A stretch of 41,610 nt of DNA from a virus (Duplodnaviria; Heunggongvirae; Uroviricota; Caudoviricetes): IMG/VR virus record IMGVR_UViG_2537561977_000020. One strand, 5' to 3'. The translations under genes and the position numbers were made by a program. The notes beneath the pieces were generated by a model, which made no database searches, was not told the DNA's origin, and saw nothing but the letters and a program-made list of their open reading frames with translations. Position 1 is the first letter of the stretch; each line of letters starts with the position of its first letter. This document shows, one piece after another, positions 1-7,136 of the stretch.

Positions 1-270
<270 letters not shown>

Positions 271-475
271 TTACCGTTAAATCATTTTAAAATCAGTAAG
301 TTGTATCGAGTTTGTATGCTTTACTGTCATTAACTTACTGTATGTTGATCCAGTGTATTTAACCTTGATAAACTCAGTCCAGCAACACAAAACCGCAACA
401 CATTGCATTTTGTCCCGTAGAAAAGACTTGTATGTGTGAGCTTGTTTTCTGCGCCTACGCAGATAAGGATTGAGA

Positions 476-1873
476 ATGCCGCGCACTGTAACACATAATC
501 CGGATAGCCCCAATAATGACGATGTTTTAGCCGCATCTGAAAAATGGGACGCCTGTAAACCCCCCTATACCAGCGCACACATGAAAATCTGTGTTGCTGC
601 CGCCAAAATCATCCTCGCTGCTTCCGGCGTGGCTCGCCGTTCCAAATACGAAAAAGAGAACTATCTCCGTATCGATTTCAGCAAAGCCGGTAAGGTTACA
701 TTTTACGCCGAGTTTCCAAAAAAGATGGGCCTCAAAGGTAAAAAGCTCGGCGAGTGGCCGGAGCTCGCTATCCAGCTGGCGCGCGAAAAAGCACTAGGTA
801 TGGCTGACGGTGGACTGCGGGCAGAGTCCGTACATGCAGCGCTGGAAATGTACCGGGATGACCTCAAAGCCAAAGTAGCCCGGCAGAAGCTGAGCCCGGA
901 CAGTTTCACAACCTACGGGGTGCGTATCGACCGGATTAAAGCAACGTTCGGCGAGCGTGAGGTGTTCAGCGACGTAACATACAATCGGCTGGTGGAAGTG
1001 CTGGACGAGTGGATCGCCACTCGCTCGAACAATAACGCCCTGGAGTTGTTTGCCGAGCTCCGTCGGTTCTGGAAGTTCTGCGCACCTACTCTTTGCAACG
1101 GCCGCAATGTTGCCGCCAGTCTGCCAGATGATTATGTTTCCTCCCGCGTACAGAAACCTACCCCCACACGGCTTTTTACCGATATTGAATCAATCGCCCG
1201 ACTCTGGCTCAATGTTGCTGCCTGCACCTCTGTACACCAGAAGAATGCTGTTCGCTTCATGATCATCACTGGTGTTCGTCCGATTAATGTCCATAACCTG
1301 CGCTGGGACTACGTTTACGAGGAGGCTGGTGAAATTGTTTATCCGGAAGGGGTTATCGGCATGCGAGGGGCTATGAAAACACAAAAGGCTTTCCGCCTGC
1401 CAATAACGCCGGAGATCCGGCGGATTATCGACGAGCAGAAAGCATGGCGTGATTCAGTTCCTGAGTGCAACAGGGATTATGTATTTTTGCAGCCGCGTGA
1501 TCCAATGCAGCCATTTTCAAAACGATCACTGGATAAGCTGGTGAAAACATACAGCCCGGACGGGGCTGTAAAAGGAATAAAACATGATGGGACTGTTAAA
1601 GGGAAAGACGGTGCATTTAATACGATGTGCCGTAAATTCCTTAAGAGCAATGTTATTGCCTTGATGAAGGAAAGAGGCTATTCCCGCTCAGACCGAAGGG
1701 AAATCAGCCTCCTTTGCCTTCACCACTCCAGTAAGTCAGATGACCCGATGGCAGAACATTACGACTTTTCTGATGAGATTTTACAGGAAGAGATTGCGTT
1801 GAAGCGCGAAGCTTTCGAGGCTCACGAGCGGAGCATACTTGCGCAGGTGGCATTGCTACGGCGGCGAGGTTAA
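476..1873 (+). CDS. int: phage tyrosine integrase
   Basis: ATG 476 preceded by AAGGA; C-terminal catalytic region with conserved Arg (ITGVRPINVHNLRWDY) and H..Y tail (LCLHHSSKSDDPMAEHYDF); sits at host/prophage junction. Track ORF begins at TTG 470. Confidence 0.75.
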   Translation: MPRTVTHNPDSPNNDDVLAASEKWDACKPPYTSAHMKICVAAAKIILAASGVARRSKYEKENYLRIDFSKAGKVTFYAEFPKKMGLKGKKLGEWPELAIQLAREKALGMADGGLRAESVHAALEMYRDDLKAKVARQKLSPDSFTTYGVRIDRIKATFGEREVFSDVTYNRLVEVLDEWIATRSNNNALELFAELRRFWKFCAPTLCNGRNVAASLPDDYVSSRVQKPTPTRLFTDIESIARLWLNVAACTSVHQKNAVRFMIITGVRPINVHNLRWDYVYEEAGEIVYPEGVIGMRGAMKTQKAFRLPITPEIRRIIDEQKAWRDSVPECNRDYVFLQPRDPMQPFSKRSLDKLVKTYSPDGAVKGIKHDGTVKGKDGAFNTMCRKFLKSNVIALMKERGYSRSDRREISLLCLHHSSKSDDPMAEHYDFSDEILQEEIALKREAFEAHERSILAQVALLRRRG

Positions 1874-2070
1874 TACTGGCTGCGACACTTTTGAATAAAA
1901 GCGTCGACATTTCGGCGCTCATAACGAACTACTTTTGCACTGAAACGAATTGGAGCCAGGATAGCCCGATGACGATGCTTAATATTCCACTCACATAGCG
2001 TTTTCTGTGTAATACCTAACTTTTGGCATACTTCATCCGGGGTGAGTAAATCGTCGGGTTTCTCGCTCAT
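1870..2070 (-). CDS. xis: excisionase / AlpA-like HTH DNA-binding protein
   Basis: 66-aa ORF, HTH-like LLTPDEVCQKLGITQKTLCEW, adjacent to int. Confidence 0.5.
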   Translation of the reverse strand: MSEKPDDLLTPDEVCQKLGITQKTLCEWNIKHRHRAILAPIRFSAKVVRYERRNVDAFIQKCRSQY

Positions 2071-3461
2071 GCTATACCTCTCTTTTTCATGGCATCGAGC
2101 AGGATGTCCTGCACTGTTCGTTTTGAGTTGCGCCGCTCCATCACCATTTCGTCCATAGTGTCGGCGGCGATAATGTGGTGAATGAACACCGGACGATTGT
2201 GTCCGGCCTGTATCTGTCTGGTTGGGCCGATACGTTCAATAATTTGCTGATATTGCTCCAGGTCCCACCAGTGTGAGAAAAATACCAGTATATATCCGCC
2301 GTCCTGCATGTTCAGACCGTGGCCCGCGCTGGCTGGGTGTGCAAAGAGAACAGGAATCTTTCCGGAATTCCAGTCACGTAGTGTCTGTGGATCCTGGTCG
2401 AGGTGACGACCGCGAGGAAATGCTTTAAGCAAGCGTTCAAGATCGTGTTTCCAGTGATAAGCAACCAGCACAGGTGCGCCAGCTGCTTCGGTCAGTATGC
2501 TGTCCAGCGCCTGTAGTTTGGTGTCATGCAGTTCTGACCAACTTCCGGCGTCGTCTGTGTATACTGCGCCACTGGCGATTTGCAGACACTTCAGTGTCTT
2601 TGCCGCGGCGTTCGGTGCTTCGATGCCTTCGCCATTCAGCTCGAGGAACATTTCCTTTTCCATTTCACGATACTGCTGACGGGCCTTCGGCGGCATATCC
2701 ACGCGGATTACGTTATGGATGGGGGCTTTGATATCGAACCAGTCGGCCGCATCCAGCGAGAGGGTCACATCGGCTAATGCTCGCTGTATTTCAGCCTGTG
2801 AGTGAGCAAACGGCTCCAGTTTGGTCCAGCTCTGCCCTGGAAACTGTATCGAGTTGAACCAGCGTGAGGTAAACGCGCCGTAAGTGCGTCCGAGACGTTG
2901 CCCCTGGTCCACAAACCACGCTTGTCCCCACAAATCTACCAGGCCGTTCGGTGCTGGCGTACCGGTGAGATTTATCCAGCGCCGGACATACTTATGCGCC
3001 ACTTTGCCCAGCGCCGCCGCGCGCTTACCACCACCTCGCAGCCGGAAGGATTTTAGCCGGGTGCTTTCATCCGGAATGACAGTACCGAACGGCCATCGTT
3101 CTCCCAATTCTTCAACCAGCCAGACAAGGTTATCGTAGTTGATGGTGAACACGCTTGCGTTGCTGTTCGCCAGCGCCGTAGAGCGCGCTTTGGCATTACC
3201 AACAATCGGCTGTACCTCGATATTGCGCAGATGCTCCCATTTCAGTGCTTCATCCGGCCATGTGCTTGCTGCAACGCGTAGCGGCGCGAGGACCAGTGCG
3301 GGGCGTGTTTCTGCCCCTGCCATAAAGAGATCTTCCAGCGTAGTGAGCGTTGCCACGGTTTTACCCATTCCCATCCCTGCCCAGATGTTGCCGCGCAGGG
3401 TCTCGATTTGATGATTGATGATGAGATCTTGGTAGGGGCGGGGGGTGAAAATTTGTCCCAT
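2067..3461 (-). CDS. SNF2/DEAD-DEAH family helicase
   Basis: Walker A GMGMGKT, DExx-like VIPDESTRLK, C-terminal helicase motifs; 464 aa. Confidence 0.7.
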   Translation of the reverse strand: MGQIFTPRPYQDLIINHQIETLRGNIWAGMGMGKTVATLTTLEDLFMAGAETRPALVLAPLRVAASTWPDEALKWEHLRNIEVQPIVGNAKARSTALANSNASVFTINYDNLVWLVEELGERWPFGTVIPDESTRLKSFRLRGGGKRAAALGKVAHKYVRRWINLTGTPAPNGLVDLWGQAWFVDQGQRLGRTYGAFTSRWFNSIQFPGQSWTKLEPFAHSQAEIQRALADVTLSLDAADWFDIKAPIHNVIRVDMPPKARQQYREMEKEMFLELNGEGIEAPNAAAKTLKCLQIASGAVYTDDAGSWSELHDTKLQALDSILTEAAGAPVLVAYHWKHDLERLLKAFPRGRHLDQDPQTLRDWNSGKIPVLFAHPASAGHGLNMQDGGYILVFFSHWWDLEQYQQIIERIGPTRQIQAGHNRPVFIHHIIAADTMDEMVMERRNSKRTVQDILLDAMKKRGIA

Positions 3462-3505
3462 AGTATTTTAGCCAGTAGGGCGCGGGGTAATCCCGCGCAA
3501 TAATG

Positions 3506-4255
3506 TCAGATCAGATCGGTGTAGTAGGTGAAGTTGCCAAACTGCGGATGTGTCCAGCGCTTGCGGTTACCTTTCGGCGGTGTCGATTCGTTTAACAGCT
3601 TTTGAGCTGCTTGTTCGATCGCTGGGAGGTTAACGAGCAATCCCCGAACACCGGTGTCTGAACGTACCGGTATACTGGCGAAGCCGATCAATTTCCGGCA
3701 TGTTGAATCAGATAAACCTGTTTTCCATGCTGCTTTGCTGACGGGGACATATTCACCTTCAACATGAGGTAAATTCGCTGGTGCTGCGGGTTGAGAATAG
3801 CCGGTTGCGTCCAGACAAGCTTTCATCGTTGCTTCTGCAACGACTCGAGCAAGTTGGACGATGCCGTCGTTGATCTGAATTTTGGGTGTGGAAGGATGGG
3901 TAACAAGCGGTTGTACTTTACCTGTTTCCAGCTCACGCCAGCGCTTAACTACTTTATACCGGTCGTGGGCGCTATAACCAGTTACAAGCGTTGTGGAAAG
4001 GTCCTGATCGAGTAGTATTTCATCAATGACTTCGCGACCATTATAGATCTTCCTTTTGACTAAAAAGTCTTTATTTTCATGATGGTACATTTCTGTACTA
4101 TGAAAACCCAACTGCTCAAGAAGTGCTTTAATATCGCGCACGACTATTTTATGTTCTTTGCTGGTAAGTTCTGCAATCTCGCGACTGCTCATCATCGGTT
4201 GCTTACCAGTGCCTGCTAGTGTTAAAGTTCTTTCGGACATTGAAGTGTTCTCCAT
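3506..4255 (-). CDS. Rha-family phage regulatory protein (antirepressor-like)
   Basis: N-terminal MMSSREIAELTSKEHKIVVRDIK resembles Phage_pRha domain. Confidence 0.6.
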   Translation of the reverse strand: MENTSMSERTLTLAGTGKQPMMSSREIAELTSKEHKIVVRDIKALLEQLGFHSTEMYHHENKDFLVKRKIYNGREVIDEILLDQDLSTTLVTGYSAHDRYKVVKRWRELETGKVQPLVTHPSTPKIQINDGIVQLARVVAEATMKACLDATGYSQPAAPANLPHVEGEYVPVSKAAWKTGLSDSTCRKLIGFASIPVRSDTGVRGLLVNLPAIEQAAQKLLNESTPPKGNRKRWTHPQFGNFTYYTDLI

Positions 4256-4300
4256 TCAGTAAAAGATGCGCTGGTAGCTGCAACTATCAGCGCGTTTTGT

Positions 4301-4477
4301 TTATTCATCCCACGGCTTGTTTGCAGCTTCCCTTGCGGCCTGCTGCGCAAAATAAATCAATTCAAAAGCTAACTGCTCTCCTTTTTCCAGCGAACTGAGA
4401 AGTCTTGCTGTTTCCAGCATGTCCGCGATATACCCGAAAATATCTGCCTGATGTAACTGCGTGATCTGAATAGCCAT
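4301..4477 (-). CDS. small hypothetical protein (58 aa from internal ATG)
   Basis: Track ORF 4301..4549 starts inside the operator array; internal start MAIQITQLHQ at 4477 is more plausible; no recognised family. Confidence 0.3.
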   Translation of the reverse strand: MAIQITQLHQADIFGYIADMLETARLLSSLEKGEQLAFELIYFAQQAAREAANKPWDE

Positions 4478-4493
4478 AGCGTTAACCTCGATA

Positions 4494-4557
4494 GAACCAC
4501 GGTGGTTCATTTTTAGTAAACCACCGTGGTTCATTGATGTCAACACCACCGTGGTGC
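4494..4557. promoter_or_regulatory. three near-palindromic operator sites between divergent genes
   Basis: GAACCACgGTGGTTC (4494-4508), AAACCACcGTGGTTC (4518-4532), ACACCACcGTGGTGC (4543-4557); centres 24-25 bp apart. Confidence 0.65.
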
Positions 4558-4591
4558 ATAATTTGGTGATTGAGTTTATGAGGTGTTTGCT

Positions 4592-4936
4592 ATGAGTCGT
4601 GAAGATGCACAGATGAAGATCCGTTTACCTGCGGAGCTGAAAGCGCAGTTAGAAAAAGCAGCTCTGGAAAATAAGCGGTCTATGAATGCGGAAGTACTCC
4701 ATCGTCTCAAAGAAAGCTTTAATGTTTTAGTTCACATAACATATAAAGATTCCGAGGGGGAGTTATCAGATAGTAATACCTGGAAGCGTTTTTTGGAATC
4801 ATCTGAACATGGTGATGAATATAAAAAAGGCTTTGTTAAGCTTGTCAAAGAAAAATATAAACTTGATAAGGAAAATGAGAGGTTATATAGCTTAATTATA
4901 AGCTATTTGAACCCCACAAAGAGTGAAGATGATTAG
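4592..4936 (+). CDS. Arc/Mnt-type ribbon-helix-helix repressor
   Basis: N-terminus KIRLPAELKAQLEKAALENKRSMNAEVLHRLKESF resembles Arc/Mnt RHH fold; ATG 4592 with GAGGTG upstream (track lists GTG 4583). Confidence 0.6.
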   Translation: MSREDAQMKIRLPAELKAQLEKAALENKRSMNAEVLHRLKESFNVLVHITYKDSEGELSDSNTWKRFLESSEHGDEYKKGFVKLVKEKYKLDKENERLYSLIISYLNPTKSEDD

Positions 4937-5066
4937 TTTGTGTTTGTAAGTCTGAATAATATTTCTGCATTTACTGAACGCATATTTTTCTTTGCTGTTT
5001 TCTTTAACTCCTCCGCTAATGCGCGGGGGACCCGTAATTTAAACTGTAAGTGCTCATCTGATTTTT

Positions 5067-5336
5067 TCACAATATTCCCTCCAGATTTTTGCTATCCAGC
5101 ACCACTACGGTAAAGCCCAGTTTTCGCAGACGTTCATGTTCGCGCAATTGGTCAGGCCGTGGTGGCTTGCCGGGAGATTTACATTCAACGAAAACGATAC
5201 GACCACCTGGTAGCAGGACAATGCGATCCGGTACCGAGCGGTGACCGGGAGATACAAACTTAAAGGCCACTCCGCCAGCTTTTTTCACTTCAGCGACGAG
5301 GTGCTTTTCGATAAGGCTTTCACGTTCATAGGCCAT
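5067..5336 (-). CDS. VRR-NUC domain nuclease
   Basis: Motif VFVECKSPGKPPRPDQ typical of VRR-NUC; probable start MAYERE at 5336. Confidence 0.55.
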   Translation of the reverse strand: MAYERESLIEKHLVAEVKKAGGVAFKFVSPGHRSVPDRIVLLPGGRIVFVECKSPGKPPRPDQLREHERLRKLGFTVVVLDSKNLEGIL

Positions 5337-5625
5337 CTGAATCCCACTCTTCAAAAAGCACATTCAATTCCAGTTTCTCTGCCAATGCGTTTTCTGCACG
5401 TGCGCCGGCAGAGTACTCCCACTCTTTGAGCATATAAATCGTATCGGCACAGCGAAGCATTGCGAGGCAGATGTCCATATACTGAGCCTGTGTCAAACCA
5501 TTGGGTAAAGTTGCGGGGTTAAGCACAACGTATCCCTTGTCCGTTAGCCTCTTTGCTGCGGAATGAAAGGCCGGGCGGTTAAATTGTTCGTAACCGCTCA
5601 TAGGCCCGGCAACGTAAACGATCAT
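5326..5625 (-). CDS. DUF4406-like protein (nucleoside deoxyribosyltransferase-like fold)
   Basis: MIVYVAGPMSGYEQFNRPAF...NPA pattern recalled for DUF4406. Confidence 0.45.
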   Translation of the reverse strand: MIVYVAGPMSGYEQFNRPAFHSAAKRLTDKGYVVLNPATLPNGLTQAQYMDICLAMLRCADTIYMLKEWEYSAGARAENALAEKLELNVLFEEWDSDGL

Positions 5626-5837
5626 TCTTCGACCGCCTTACGCTTTTCACGCATATTCTGCATCAGGCAAAAATCAGATCTGCGTTCACTCCATTCCTGA
5701 TTCAGTTCGTGATGTGATTCGCGGTTGGCTTTTGCCCAGGCCTTCGCTGCCCGGTCATATTCGCCGGACTGCTCAAGGCGCAAGGCCTCCCTCGCAGCCC
5801 GGTAATAAAGTGGGCTGTCCCGATATTTAAATGACAT
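5622..5837 (-). CDS. small hypothetical protein, possibly ANR-family-like regulator
   Basis: 71 aa, helical, resembles small prophage ANR proteins from memory; weak. Confidence 0.3.
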   Translation of the reverse strand: MSFKYRDSPLYYRAAREALRLEQSGEYDRAAKAWAKANRESHHELNQEWSERRSDFCLMQNMREKRKAVEE

Positions 5838-5853
5838 AGCTTTCGAGTCCTGT

Positions 5854-5878
5854 AAAAAGCCCCTGACTGAGCAGGGGC
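5854..5878 (-). terminator. intrinsic terminator after antirepressor cassette 1
   Basis: Minus-strand hairpin GCCCCUG-CUCAGU-CAGGGGC then U5; near-identical copy at 10090..10114. Confidence 0.6.
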
Positions 5879-5889
5879 GAATTGAAGGA

Positions 5890-6654
5890 TTAACGGGGTA
5901 ACTCTGGTGGAATATATCTGCCGATGCGGTCTTCTATGGTCGGCAGAATGCACATGCTGTCGTTAAAGCGGTCATGCAGTTTGTAGACCAGTTTCGAATC
6001 CATTTTTTCGAGAGCAGGCATTAACTGCGCTCGCCAGATTTCATTAATACGTCGGAAGTTATGACAGACGGCGCGGAGATTGTTGATGAACATTTCCTTT
6101 TCTGCGTCACTGATTCCGGTCTGTGCTTTCTGAATGCATTTCGTGCTGCCATTCCGGTAGAAGCGTTCCTGGGCAGCGACAGCCTCATCCACGGATGGAT
6201 AACACCCTACGTAAACGCTTTTCTCTCCGTTCCATGCGTAGGCTCTGTACGGGTTGTATTTGCTCTGGTGATGGTAAACCATCTTCGGCAGGCACTCCCT
6301 GTGCGGCGCCAGTATCGTGGAGGACTGCTGGTGCAGTTTGCGTTCGCATTCGATGAAGTATCGGCGTATCTGGCGACCTTTTTCGTTACGCTCGACCATC
6401 GCCAGTTCTTTGGCTGTATCGAGGGTGAGGTGGTAGTCCTTACAAAGAACATTTTTACGCTTTCCAGTTTTGGAAAGCGTTACGATATAATCCTGATTTT
6501 CAACGAATTTATAGTCTGCAATTCGTGATGTAATCCATGCTGCAAACACTTTCCCTACCCCAAGGAATGCGTGCAGATCGCGAGCATTGCAGAGCAGGGT
6601 GATTTCGTTGGCGATAGCGCCGTTGAAAACGGGGATGAGTTGAGCTGCCATCAC
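5890..6654 (-). CDS. antirepressor (AntA-like N-domain + KilA-C-like C-domain)
   Basis: N-terminal IPVFNGAIANEITLLCNARDLHAFLGVGKVFAAWITSRI; C-terminal ~145 aa nearly identical to ORF 10126..10899. Confidence 0.6.
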   Translation of the reverse strand: MMAAQLIPVFNGAIANEITLLCNARDLHAFLGVGKVFAAWITSRIADYKFVENQDYIVTLSKTGKRKNVLCKDYHLTLDTAKELAMVERNEKGRQIRRYFIECERKLHQQSSTILAPHRECLPKMVYHHQSKYNPYRAYAWNGEKSVYVGCYPSVDEAVAAQERFYRNGSTKCIQKAQTGISDAEKEMFINNLRAVCHNFRRINEIWRAQLMPALEKMDSKLVYKLHDRFNDSMCILPTIEDRIGRYIPPELPR

Positions 6655-6941
6655 AGTTACCTCTAACGGTGAAATTCACCGCCACCACTGAGTTGCAAAT
6701 CTCATATGGGTGGCGAACTGACGAGGTTTGCAATACCGGCGTTAGAGGAAACCGGCGCGCCGAAGCGCCCCCGCCAGCCCGCCATAATGCGAACGTGGCA
6801 AAGCTTGCGACAATAAAAAAGACGCTGGCGCGTCTGGTGTCGCCCCTAACAATTCCGGGTTGCAAATCCCGATCTCCATTTGGGAGATTCGGTGAGCATA
6901 AACCGGAAGGGGGTGATGAGTCAATATCGGGGTAGCAGGGC

Positions 6942-7022
6942 GGTCGGGTACTTGAACACCGCAGCAAGTCGGCCCGTATCCTTAGCCTTTCGGCTGTTTT
7001 TCGGTATACGCGCTACCCGACC
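6942..7022 (-). promoter_or_regulatory. structured leader element (long-range stem enclosing GNRA-type hairpin)
   Basis: Inverted repeat GGTCGGGTA (6942-6950) / TACCCGACC (7014-7022) enclosing 63 nt with AGCC-GAAA-GGCU hairpin; homologous element with compensatory changes at 10938..11016. Confidence 0.45.
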
Positions 7023-7106
7023 ATATCTGAAAATGGACATAAAAAATCCGCATGACTGACGGGCGCGGTTTCCGCTTGCTGTGGTGTGTTCAGCACCATG
7101 AAGCGG

Positions 7107-7136
7107 AATATACCTATTGGTCATCGCGGATGTCAA
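7107..7136 (-). promoter_or_regulatory. sigma70-like promoter of antirepressor cassette 1
   Basis: Minus strand TTGACA (7136-7131), 18-bp spacer, TATATT (7112-7107); conserved copy at 11121..11150. Confidence 0.55.

Noticed and set aside
6669-6935. 88-aa plus-strand ORF in the antirepressor leader
   Set aside because: Lies in a region better explained as structured non-coding leader; no start context; composition looks like GC-rich noise.
6655-7100. Leader as a retron or other known ncRNA class
   Set aside because: No adjacent reverse transcriptase gene and no recognisable msr/msd-type repeats; kept only as an unclassified structured leader.
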